DNA of 64,000 nt from Harriotta raleighana (lineage: Eukaryota): positions 10,198,618 through 10,262,617 of the forward strand of contig JBNZDD010013726.1 in assembly GCA_050575255.1 (NCBI GenBank). Reading direction: 5' to 3'. The notes under the pieces are model-generated. The model did no database searches, had not been told where the DNA came from, and was given only the letters and a program-made list of their open reading frames with translations. Below, piece by piece: positions 1-13,200 of the stretch. Position 1 is the stretch's first letter. Each line of letters opens with the position of its first letter. Both the position numbers and the translations under genes were made by a program.

Positions 1-1326
1 GTGACCTCATCGAGAGTGACGATAATAATTCATTTCCCACTTGGCCCTTAAAGCCTATACATTTACAACCAAAGCAGCTGATATCAATTATTAAAGATGG
101 CTGTAGAAACACAAGTCCAACACAATCATTCCAAAACGGGTACATTTGGAAAAAAAAATCAAGTGTTACCTTCATGTAATTCATCGTACATGTTCATGCA
201 ATTCATAAAAGTATCCCTGACTATATGGATAACTAACCCAAACACTTTGGGGCCTCCCCTCCTACCTTCAACCCTAACACCCCTTCAAATTCCTTCCCTC
301 CATCCAAATCCCCAATTTCTGTTCCCCACCCAACAGCACTCATTAATCTGAATTGAACATTTTCTTCATTTCACTCTACACCTATCTCTACATTCTCCAA
401 CACAATTGTTCTGATGCAAGTACATTTTTGATTCGGGGGAGTTAAACGACAGAGCAGCACTGTTTTTTGTTGGGAGTCTGTTTTGTAAATCCATTACTGA
501 ACTTGCATTGGAGAAAAAATAAATTCTTGTCATGCTGGAAGATTTTAAACGTGAAACCTTTACCCTCACCGGGTCTGCTCTCACGGTCCAAGCCAAATAG
601 CCTGTTTATATTCACATCATCTGTGTCACTCATCAATATCTGCTGTCTGCTTCAGTGTTAACTAGTTAAGAAAATAACAAGAGCAGCTTTGCAGCAGTTT
701 TCAGCATAAACAATTTGGACCAGTTTATGAAGTGAAGTCACCCGAAACCTCCCTCAACAGGTCTCTAATTTGGAATTGGCCATATGCACTCACAACACTT
801 GCCAAAATTGAATGTAGTTTCCAAGTTTACAGTTTTCCTAGTTGAATAACTATTTTGGTTAAGCCTTGTACTCTTTTCACCTTGATTTAAGACAGATGAA
901 AAGGAGGAAAGATTCCAGATCAGCTCGGAGTCTAGTTTGATACTTGAAGCTATTTTGACAATGACTTTTTTTTTTAGACCTGCTGTCATTTTTGAGTGAC
1001 ACAGTGAAATTACGATCAGTGACTTATTTCAGCAAAGGACAATGGTGATGGGTTCATACATCAAAAAGAAATTTGTCAAAAAATATTTAATGGTTTGCTA
1101 CACAGTACAGTATTGTGCTGTCCTTGGTTTCTTCAACTGTTATGGCCTGGAGGGTGGACGGAAGATGAGGATTGTATTTGAATTACTGACCACATTATCC
1201 TTCAGCTCTGCTTAATTTATAACTGGAGGATGAAGACACAGGACCAGCATTTTATGCAAAATAGTAAGAGTGCAGTGAAGTGATCTCACGTCCCCAAATC
1301 AACCACAATCAAAACAAAATAGTTAA

Positions 1327-1590
1327 GGGAATCGGAGGAAAGGCTGATCGTTGAGCAGCAACCTTTTGCGTCAGGATCTAAAATCTAAACCAGGTCAGAA
1401 GAGTGTGTGAAAACCTCCTCTATCTGTGGTTCTAGGTAAATATCTATGGTCTTTGAAAAGGCATCACCAAGTGCCCCATAACATTACGCTGCCAATTTAG
1501 CAAAGCAGCAATTTCATTAGAACAGGCCAGAGGATGGCTGGTATGAGAAGTGTAATATCACACTGTTACAATATGGTACTCCATGGAGCT
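1327..1590 (+). mobile_element. Degenerate LF-SINE-like element
   Basis: Patchy resemblance to the LF-SINE consensus as remembered (ccaggtcag..gtgtgaaaacctcctctatctg, aggccagaggatggctggtatg). Confidence 0.35.
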
Positions 1591-4500
1591 GAGGAGAGGG
1601 AGTTTTGCTCTGCGTCTAAACATATTGTAGCTCACCTGAAGACTTGGGTGCCCAAAATGGAGTATTATCCATTTCCAGCTGTAAAAACCCTCACTTTGAT
1701 AAGCCCTAAAAGGCAACTCCTTAAGCCCACCACAACGCCAACACCCCCTCCCCCACATCCCCCCCCCTCCCACCACCACCCCCAACAAAAAAGAAAATAA
1801 TCTGTCCTGACAAAATTCGCAGCTCAAACATAACAATCGAAAATGGCTATTTACGAAAACATTAAAGTCACTTCTGTCTCATGGTTTGCAAGTAACAAGC
1901 TTTCACTGGTGGTTTTGTGGAGGAATGAAACCTCCCAACATACACAAACTATTTATGTGGTATCCTAGTCTATAAAGCATCCTTGACAAAATCAACTCAG
2001 TTTTCCCCCAAAGAAACAAATTGATCCCTACAGAAATGTTATTTGATTTCCGTCAGTGATTAACATAACCTTTTTTTGAGAGGGGGGGTGCGAAAAAGTT
2101 ATTTAAAAAGTTATATTCAGCTTTCACAGTAAGAGTGCAGCGAAGTGATCTAATNCAAAGAAACAAATTGATCCCTACAGAAATGTTATTTGATTTCCGT
2201 CAGTGTTTAACATAACCTTTTTTTGAGGGGGGGGTGCGAAAAAGTTATTTAAAAAGTTATATTCAGCTTTCACAGTAAGAGTGCAGCGAAGTGATCTAAC
2301 GTCCCCAAATCAACCACAACCGAAACAAAATAGTTAACGGGCCAATGAAGACAATAAAAACTTTTTTTCTCTTCGCAGAGCATCCCTAAGATGATTTTCT
2401 ATTAAAGTGTGCGTTGGAGGCATTATAAAGTGCAAGCGAAAATAGCCCTCTGTTCTAATTCGTTTATATTCTTGTTGAAAACTAAGGAAACTGCAATACT
2501 GTGGTATATTTTGGTTTGGCTGCGGAACTGCAAGCCCGGTTCTTAAAGGGTTAAGCAATTACTGTATTTCTGGATTAGTTACAGCACTTGGGTTCACCGA
2601 GTAGCTGGACTGGTAATGCACATTATCACACTCATTAGATAGTTGTTTAGTCGCTGTTAGAAGTCCCACTTCATGGCCTTTTCCCGGATTGAAGTGGATA
2701 CAAAGAAAATAGATTGCGCTCTTTTTTCTGTAATTATTATATTCTAATTATTTTTTCCTGAATTCATATTAGTATCATGTGTTTACCTCGGTTCCACTCC
2801 TACCTCGGGATTAGTGTACACAGATTAATGGCAGGTGGGATTTCAAACACTGAATATGAAGCCAACACTGGGATTGAAAAGTGACTGGTTGCCCTCATTC
2901 CAACCATTTTTTGTTCTTTGGCAAGTTCCTGATTTATCGAGAGTAAAAATCCCTTTTCTCTGGTGAGAAAATTGTGAATCAGCCCCCGTGTGAGTGGCAG
3001 TTAGTTTATTTTGAATGCAAGTATAAAAGGAACAATTACTGCAATTCAGATTGGCAGGACAGAGACACTGCAGCTTTAAGACTGAATAAGAACAACAAAG
3101 AGAGCGATGCAATTATAATATCAGAAGTGCATATTCCAAATCAATAAAACTAACATTTGTAGCATTCCTTTGAGAGCTGTAGGGCGCCTCATAAAATATG
3201 AAATCTTTTCTCTCTATACCAACAATGCATTTTGATGAGGTTCTGCTTTTAAAAAATTACATTTGTTGTGATGTTTAATTTGTTTATTTAACTGAGTGCA
3301 TTAGCGTTTTGTTTTATGTGAAAACGCCCCAGATAAAATGTAAATTTTGTCAATGTAAAATTATATCGATATAGGTTTTATATCCTCAGACATCGGAAAC
3401 AGAAAAAGTTTCTCTTAATTTAAAGAGTGGCCTCAAGTGTGCATCATTGCCCTGAGGGCTTAGGGCAATACGGTCACTCTTGAACCCCCTGGGGTTATTT
3501 TCTATTACTTTTGCCCTTAAAACCAGACACACCACCATTAGCAAAAAAAATAAAATAAATCCAGCGATGCTTATTAAAACAAATCAATACCAAAAAACAC
3601 ATGAAATACTGGCGCAGCGTCCAAGATTTATCTGTATCTGCACTTCTGTAATATAAAAGAAAAACCACTGCACAAAAGTCGAGCTATTACAATAAGACTG
3701 AATCAAAAAAAGGCACTTGCTGCCCTCAGCTGGCCATCTGAGGGTTTCATCAGCCAATCTCGAAACAATCATTAGTATTATTTGCGTACATCTGACACGC
3801 TGCATCACAATGTCAAGGAGATTTCTGACAATTGCAATCAGAAGTATTGATCTGCTTTAGATAATGCATTTGTGTTTCTGTACTCTTGTTAAGTATTTAG
3901 TAAAATTATGAATGATTGGAAATTGTTTGTCTGCTTATGCCTCTCATTACTTTATTCTAACTGTGTTTTTATCTTTGTGAAGATTGGAGATGATACCAAA
4001 AAAATGGACATCAGCCAGGATTCATATTCCATACAACTATCTTCTCAGACTGTCAATCATTCTTCAATGTAATCAGTGCATTTTTTTTTTCTGTTTGGCC
4101 AAAATTGCAAGGCTGTTTCAGAACATAATCCTTGTTTGTGCATATTGGCCACTCCTTCTCAATTTTAACCTGTTATTATAAATCAACAACAAAAAATAGT
4201 TCCTGTTCCTGTTCCAGAAGTAGATTTTTGTTATATGATCTTTAAAATTGTTTGCGTGTGAAAGGAGGCAAGTATTGCACAATGTGAGATCTGTGTTTGT
4301 CCTCAGTGATTTTCTTATCTACCAAACTTTGTATTTGACATGTATATACCATGAAAGGGGTTCATATTCGATAATACAAAATAGAAGGATTATTATTACA
4401 ATCATCTAATCTGCATTCACACTATACTTTAAACAGCTTTCAATTCAACTTTTGGTTTGACAGCAATAAATTCAAATTTGAATGTTGGGCACATCTTATT

Positions 4501-7194
4501 TGGAAAATGCACAAAAAATAGTTCATTCCTTTATATTAGTTAGGGTTGCTGGATTGTGCAATGAAACTTTCAAGTAGATTCGAAAGTAAGCACCAAGGGA
4601 CTGAACGCCTAGCTTTGCAATCTGTGCTTTCTTTAACTTCAATACATGCCTTATCCCTAAATGCAAAGAAGTATTTGAAATGATCATTCCTATATATTAA
4701 TGACTAGCTATAGTCAGTATATTACAGTCAGTTCACTTGACAGTATATTTTGTGAGGTGCTTCGAGGATCTCCAAGACGTGATAAGGCGCTTTATCAAAT
4801 GCAAGGATTATTATAGTAAATAGGTTATTAACTGTTCACAATTATAACATTCAAAATTATTCCATTCCTATTTTTACTCAGCACTATTCTCAGTTTGACA
4901 TTTCCAGAGTGAGAAACATCATTTCATGACAGATTCAATGTGGTAATCACGTCAAATCCTTTAAGAATTGTCACTTTTTTTCGCCCTTTTTGCTTCTGAA
5001 ATACAGATTTAATTCATATAGATTTTGTCACTGAAGAACAGCTTGAAGGGATATCCCGCTGAAGCAACGTTATTTAGTTTAAAGTATCTATCTGAATATC
5101 GGAACTTCAAATCAGCTGAATTTGAACTACAGTATTTGTATGTGTGAATGTAACAACAACAACAACACAAGTACACTTATATAACACCTTCCATTCACAT
5201 CAGGAGCACAATTCATAGACAAAATCATCCAATCTCATTTATTTTTCTCTTCAATTGTATTTTTCTCTTCAAGCATAATCATCTCGGCCCCACCTCCCAC
5301 CCCACATCCCTACTGTATGCAATGTCCCCTGATGTGACCTGTTTTCAAACCTCCCTTAATAGCTGTCCATAACAAGCGATCGGGAGGTGTGCAAAAGCGA
5401 CACAAATTTGTTCCGCCTTCGGATGTCATCCCCGAGCTGGGAAAGTGCTTCACCTCTGCTCAATGCCTCCTCAGACAATCTGTCTGAGATTGCGAGCTCA
5501 CAGCGTGGAAGATCATAGGGGTGAAACCACTTGTTATCACTTTCCTATGCAAGATATTAACGCACCAACCCACAGCACCACCAGCCTCTTTTCTGCAACT
5601 GTTAATGTAATGCTTTAGGGAGTGCAGGTGACATACTTTGCACACATCTTCACATAACCATGTACTTCCTTCACTCTGATAGTTATTAAAAATATATGTG
5701 ATTCAGAACAAATTATCTCAAACTCCAAACAAACGTGATTCGGAATTGCTGATGTGACCCCATTTGATCTATTTTAGTTTCAGAATTCGTCTTCAACTTT
5801 GCAGTTTCAGTTTTTATTAAAATACTGGATAATAAGTTACCTTTTCGGAAATGTAGCTTCCACCCGGTGAAGGTAGAAGATGAATGCAAAACTGAATCAC
5901 AACTCTTTATCAGTTAAGTCACTCATTACTCAAATGTTTTCCTGAAAATGTGACTAGTTTCTGCTTATCGGAGAAATTACAGGCCTGTTAAATGAAATCA
6001 TTGTTTTCCAAAACATAATATGTTTCAGCAGTAAGGCTTCATTTATTCAGATATCATTTTCTTACTATAAAATGTTAGTCTGTGAAATCCATCATGGCAG
6101 AAAAACATCATTCAATGCCTGTCAGAAAAAGATTATAATTATTTTTAAATTGAAGCCGGGAAGAAATCAGAAAGCAAAAAAAAAGTCTGACCTGGTCTGG
6201 TAGGAGTTTGTTGCTCGAAGGTAAGTCCTTGCTTATATTGAAGGAAAGTTCTCAAATAAGCAAAGAACAGATTTATTGATTTAGTAAAGTCTGGGTATGA
6301 AAAAAAGAAGAAAAAAAGAACTGCTCTTTCCCTGTAATGTCCAAATGACATCCCATGTGGTTAGCTTAATGGTGGGGGAGGGGTGGGGGCAGGTGTCTAC
6401 CCCAACTCATGGATAGAACTGCCCTTAGGCTAGGGCTAATGGTATTGGCTCAGGCTGCTGTAAGCCGCTCTTTCCTAATAGCAAACTTTCTGTGTGCCAG
6501 CAGACAGACAGATATTGATTGGTCCGAATGCCCTTGAGTTGACAACATCTGAAATTAAAATCCACAAGCATAGCGCAACTTTCTGCAAGTTATGTGTGGG
6601 TTTTTTTTTATTCTTGGACTTGATTATAAAACTTGGCAGTAAGAAGCATTTGGACACTAGTAATTAGAAACGTGTAATTTTCTGGCGTTTCTAAACACAG
6701 GTCTCTATTCTCCCTCTCTCTAAACCCTGGTTTTCCATTGGAAGTGCTTAAATCTGCTCATAGTGTGAGAATAATGTCGGTTCTGATCACTACATGCGTT
6801 CTCCTGAAACAGCACCATTTTTTTTTCTCTTATTTACATTAATTGTCTTCTCTGTAAACTGCTTTAATTTGCAATTTAATGATAAGAGTGCTGCTATTAC
6901 AATCTGCTAGCTCTTGGCTATCAGCTGAGAATACCATTCGGGTGTGGAGGCCTCTCCCTGAATTTAACGTTTCGCCACGTACATTTTAGGGCAAAAACTC
7001 AGTATAATCACGCGGTAAATTATAAGGTCCCTCGAAATAGAAACACGTTTCAAATTCATTTCATTTTGAGTTGGAGTTAGAGTTTATATGTTTGCATTGG
7101 ATCTGTATAACTCCTAGCCGTTAGTTACACAGAGCCATCTAACATCCAGACACTGTTGTGTGCTATGATATCACCACCATGTCATCATATAGAA

Positions 7195-7430
7195 ATCCTC
7201 TAAGCTCAGTGATTAGACCACTCGCCTCGCAAACGAGAGACCTGGGTTCTTTTTGGGCAAGATTCCTTACTCTATACGCCTCTGTTTACCGAGCAGTATG
7301 TAGGAACCCAGTTGTTATTTGTTTGGCGAATTGTTTTTTCCAGGGCTAATAATTTCTTTTTTTTAAAATTGGTCTCTTCAATCCATGACTCTTTATGGGA
7401 CAATTGCTGCGTGCAATTGATTGAAAACTA
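7195..7430 (+). mobile_element. SINE 5' and central part, same family
   Basis: agctcagtgattagaccactcgcctcgcaaacgagagacctgggttc. Confidence 0.7.
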
Positions 7431-8539
7431 TCTTGATTTGGGAATCAGATTTTCTCTGCATTTTCCTTTGCAAAGCTCAATATTTTCTGCTTGTACAAAC
7501 TTGCCTCGAACAATGTGCATTTTGCTGGATTTAAAAAATATTAGATGATGTGGGGCAATTGGTTCACAAACCTAACATTTTGTTACATTACTCCAATTAC
7601 ATTGGCTTCTCTTTCTCTCCCGCTAATAAAATATCTTAGGCCACAATATAAAATTTCTTATGACCCATCTGTATTAAAAAAAATGTTAGTTATCGGGTTA
7701 GAACTTCTTATTACCTGCCAGAGGCAAGTTTTAGTAGCAAAACATTTTCTTCTTTAACTTTTCTCAAGTTAATATCACACCAAACAACGTTGTAACATCA
7801 AGGAAAAAATATCTACAGGACAGAAGATAAAAATGACAGGGTAAAGCAAAACTAATGTTTGACAGCACGTGCAATGGAAAATATCGTGGCCTTTACACTT
7901 ACTTGTACATTAAAAGAAATTAGGAGATTTGCTGATGGTTAGCAGTTCAGTAACAGTTCACGGGAGTGAGGAACCTCGCGCTTTTCTGTGGTGTTTCAAG
8001 CAAATGTGACATATTGAACCAATAGTTTTGTTTTGAAGAAAAACAAACATGCCTATGGCAAGCGGATTATCAAATCACAAATGCAGTAAAGACAAAACAC
8101 AGAGCTCCCCGAGTTCAAATTGTATTTCTGAAGGAAGAAATGCCAAATTTACCAGTGCTGTTGCTTAGAAAGGGTCACTGCTTCAACCCTAGGCATTTTA
8201 ATGACTTAAAATCCCCCAAACCATTCAAATATTTAACATGAATAAAACACAAAAGGTATCAAGCATAAATATATGTGACAAAAAATAGTAGCAATACGAG
8301 AAGTGTAATTTTAACAGAACTGTACTGTACAGCATAGAATTTTTGCTTGGTTAAAATTTAAATTGCAATTTTCTGTTTAACAGTGCAAATAGAATTTAAT
8401 GGTTAGTGAGCAGCTTATTGGAAGGGCATTTGCTGCAGCTGCTGCTTTGATAAGTGTACGAACAAGTTTTAATTTGTCAATAGTACATGCCCTAATTGTC
8501 GATCCTATAGCATTAATGGAAGAGAGCATTGAATGGAGT

Positions 8540-10200
8540 AGGTTCTCTAGATAGAGATCCGTCTGCAACTCCTCTTCCTCCAATCATCGACCTGAGACAT
8601 CATTCAAGTCCAGGGTTGACCTTCATGAAGGGATCTGTGTACAGGATACAACATGTCTGCAATAACCCTTGATACATTGGATTATATAGGAGGTCACCCA
8701 TGAAAGCACCAAACACCAAACCCATTTCATCAGATTAATGAGCTTCTCAATGATAATCCACATCATGTGATGGCAGTCATTGTACCTCCTCTCTCCAGTG
8801 GTCTGGGATTCATAATAATAAACATTAACTGATGGCATAGCCCATAAACCTGTTAAATTTCTCACCCATCCTAAAATTGAGACTCCTGTGTCAATCTCGT
8901 GAATTGATATGCAAGACCTTCTCCTGAACTTCCCGATCAATTAGGGAATGGAGCAACTTTCTGTTGAGGTATTGACAGTCAGTGTTTTCAAAGCTACGTG
9001 AATACAATGAAATGTTCTTTTCACTGTTGGAATGCCCACTGACTATCGTGGTCTTGTTTGAAACTCACAGTATCCTGGCCACCTGCCCAGTTTGCTCCAG
9101 CAAAGGAGAACTACGTCAATAGCAGTCTTGACAAAATACAACTTTGAACTAATTGAGGCATAACTATCGTTTCTGATGTTAGACTTGCATCTAGTTCACG
9201 GGAGTCGGGAGAACATACGTCAGAATCAAGGGCAGCGTATCAGGAAGCAGATTGACTGAAGTTCAACATGAAGGGCTTGTGCCTTTGAATGGAACAATGT
9301 TGGACGTGTGATGGGGACGTTTGCCCCATAAGAGATGAGCTGAGGCCTTGAGTTCCTATGCCCTGTGTCTTTGAGGCCACGCACATGCCATTGGTGAAGG
9401 CCATCTGCTCATAGGTGACAGTGAACTGCCTAAGGACAGAACAATGCACATCTACGAGATCCCTGAAGCCATCCCTCATGGTTGACTGCAACCTATTGCC
9501 AACATTTTCAAAACCAGCATTGATGACTCCTTAGAGATTGAAACCCATTTGAGAGATAGCAGCTGTAAGAGCATTCTTTATGGAAGCCCCCAAGCTGCTT
9601 AGACTCTCAGTATCAGCTTGTTCCCACAGCCAACCTTTCAGCTAACACAGCATGGATGAATGGGAGCGAACTGTTTGTGTGTCCAATCCTCTTCTCTACC
9701 ATCGCGTGCATTGCTGCCACAACATTGTTCCCCTCATGCTGAACCAACCTGGAACGCAACATCTTCTACTTTGTGGCCATGATTCCAGAACATATACACC
9801 TCCAGTTGCAACCTCTATATTTTATTCCAGTTCAGATAAACGTTGGCCCACTTGGCAAATAAACAACAGCAGAAACTGGCAGTGACACATTCATTCTCCA
9901 CGAAGAACAAAATCTCAGAGCAAGGCAGTTGGGGGGAAGGGTTTAACAGAAAGCAATCTGAGGTGCATCTCACATATTCCTCCGACAAAGCCTCAAAACT
10001 GCTGGCATTGAACAACTAGGCCATTATCTCCTCTGCAGCAGATGGGAGCTTCTCCTGAAGTGGTCCACTGTTGAGCGCAAAGTGACTCTTTTTAGTTTAC
10101 AAGGTCGTAAGATTAAAAGAGAAGGCTTGAACTCATCCGTCCAGGATCCTCATCCTACCATCTTCCCATCACAACGTCAAATTGTGTTTAAATTGGCCCT
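8540..10200 (-). mobile_element. Highly degenerate Ty3/Gypsy gag-protease remnant
   Basis: Minus-strand fragments in Gypsy order: KMLRSRLV (compare gag EMLRDRLVCG), a decayed zinc-knuckle-like QTGQVARI, protease EIDTGVS, CIKGY, EEELQ; many stops and frameshifts. Confidence 0.5.
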
Positions 10201-13200
10201 GACCACTTGATATCATGAACGTTCTTCCCTTCTCTCTGCCACATGGACTGAACAGTGGACAAAACGTTCAACAGGGAAACTTCTCCATAAGTTTACTAGG
10301 AGTTGGGGTTGCCAGAGCCATATGCTACAGTCCTCCTTTGGATTATTTCCTTTCCAAAGAGGAAGGCATCTGTTCTGCCTCTATAAAACACACTTTCCTT
10401 ACTCTGTTTGGAGCCGTTTTCCATATTTTCCTCCTTTGGTACTGACTTTGCACCCAATTTATTTCTTATGTACAGTAATGACCTCATTATATGCCCATTA
10501 TATGCTGCTATTTAATGCTTAACACTGCCTTCTCCTGTTTGGTTGCTAAAATCCTCTACACCACAGGTAAGCCAGGCTGCTTTGCTATAAACTGCAGTTT
10601 ATCCCGAGCTGGTTAAGCGATAGATTTACCACTCGATTTCTTTCTCACAGACCCTAATGACCGGCAGCAGGAAAATTTCCCCCATCGTGTTTTGTAATTT
10701 GTCATGATGGCTTTTGGCAATTTCCAGTATATAATTGCCAGATCAGCATACTTCATTTATGAAATTTCCAGATGTAGTGTTCAAAAACAGTACAGTATAT
10801 TGTATTAGAGAATTTCTGTTATTTTATATTTCTTTTCTGCAATAAAAATACTTGCCAGATTTGAGTTCTGCAGCATACCGATATGTGATATATCATGGGA
10901 CACCGAGTATTCTTCAATGTAACGTGTAACTAAATCCCGTATATTTCAGCTGCAACAGTTTGTGAAACTTGGAAAAGTTTACAAAGATAGGTTAAACTTG
11001 GAAGAATCATTAATGTTTCATTTCCTTCTACTTTTATCCTGTAACTTTATTCTCTCTCAAACCCATTCCAACTTGTTGGAAACAATAGCTCATCTTTAAT
11101 CTTGAGTGCTGGAGTTTCTAAAGGTCATATTTAACACATCAGTGAATTTCAAAAGCCTCCGTCTGTGCTTAATACTGAATTTAAAAAAAATTAAAGGGGC
11201 AATAAAATTAAACTCATGGCAATAAAAGGGAAAAATCTTAAATGCTGTATAGACAGTTAAACATGGCATAGTGTCGTATGAATGTGATATGTTGCACTAA
11301 ACCATTTTGTTTTATTATAGACAATACAGTAATAGGTGCATGCAATGTCAGTTGCTAATAAGGATTCATTTTTATTCTTTATCCCTTGTCTGCTTATCAA
11401 CACAGTAATAAATATGTAAAAATGTACGTGGATCAGTATATTATTATGTAGATAGTGATCTTTGCAGAATATTTAATTTTTTTTTGAATAAAGCAGCGCT
11501 TTGTATTCCAGCTACAATGGAACTGAAACAACAATACTGCTAGAGTTCACTGATTTTAACTATTAAAACAGAAACTGAAAAAAATATCAGGTTCATTCCT
11601 CAGTTAAACAAAGGCCTTTTATAACCAAGAGTGTCAAAATACAATGTTCGCAGTATGCAAGTGTTCCTCTCTGTTTGTCTCAGCAACTCAGTTTGAGGTC
11701 TGCAAATGCATGGGAAACTAATTTTCCTGTTCTGTGGGGAGTTATGACCAAGAAAAACAATATTTATTCCACAGAACACATCTTTAAAACATAGTATTTC
11801 CAACATGTTTTTAATCAGCAAGCTCTGCACCGTAGATTATAAAAGGCATCAAACAGCTTTTAAATGTAAGTTAGTTGAGATGGCTTATTTCACCCTGATT
11901 TGGTTTGCACTAAGATGTTATAGTGGTAGTTTTTCTATGTACCTTGGGGGATTCGCTTTTTCTGCTTCAAATCATTTTACAATAGTTAGCATTTAAACGT
12001 AACTGGTGCTGTATTGCATCTTGATCACATACCGGGCATCTTTCTTCATGGGGAAGCAAAGTGAAGAAATATGCTTTGTCCGAACCTTAAATGTATATTT
12101 TCACGAGTCTAACAGACACACAAAAGCCCTGTGTGAGTTATCTTAAGAGTAGTCAACTCTATTTGGTCTAATCAAGTTGGAGTATGAACTAGAGCACCAA
12201 GGGATTGGCAAGAGAGTCAGGAACAGCATTTAGCACTTTACTGACCTTGAGTCCACCTTTTATAAACTCCTTATGGAACAAAGATTTTTTCCAGTCATTT
12301 TCAAGTGATTTTTTCCACTTTCTCTGGAGGATAAAACACTTGATTGACCAAAGATGTTAGGCCAAATTTACTCAGAGGAAAAGGGATTGTATAAAATTTG
12401 CTGGCAGCCATAGGCAAGAGAAAAGATGCAGTGCTTGGGATCTCAGATTTGGTCAAATGCAAAAACTGCAATGATATATGGAATAATATGTGGGTATTTA
12501 AATCAAAAACTATCTCTGCATAAATTATCAAAGGGATATTAAAAGGAGAAATAGAAAATTTTATTTAAACCCCGAAAGAAATGCTTAACTCAGATCATTA
12601 CTCTTTTATTTACTTTGCAGGAAAATAAAATTATTATTTTCTTTAGTCTAAATTGATTTCTTTTCTCTCACCTTATGTCTCAATATCAAACCTTTGATTG
12701 AGGCTTTGACTCCACAAATCGCTTCGGTCAAACTTCCTAACCTTGGAATATAAAAAAAAACTATATTCAACGGAAGAATTTTATTCAACCTCGTGCAGAC
12801 ACTTGCATAAGACATTTGTGTTTGTCAATTTATATTGTAGATTGGAATCAACTTAGATTAGATTGATTTGTGTTGAATTTAGTCTCCCCGCCATTTATAG
12901 GGCACTTCAGTGAACCAGTTCACATGTTACACAGTATTAAATTACAGATTGACACATGCAGATGTAGAAAACAAGCAGCAATTTGAAAAGTGCACAAATT
13001 TAATCAATTCGCTTTACATTCACTTCAAAGCCAGAAGCAAAAGTGCATTTTTTTTCTTCTTTAAAATAAAGGATATTAGAACAAATACATTGGACTTGTT
13101 TCACATCTTTTCATTATGTCGAGCCACGAATTAAAACAGGGCAACGTGTATTTTTACATCAGTAATTGCTGGTGGTGATGCACACTGGAGCATGAACATA

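Noticed and set aside
366-661. Overlapping short ORFs at the window start
   Set aside because: No similarity to expected neighbouring genes; the frames are interrupted by stops
2010-2300. ~145-bp tandem duplication
   Set aside because: The copies abut a single n (2155) and differ by only a few bases, which indicates an unmerged contig or haplotype overlap
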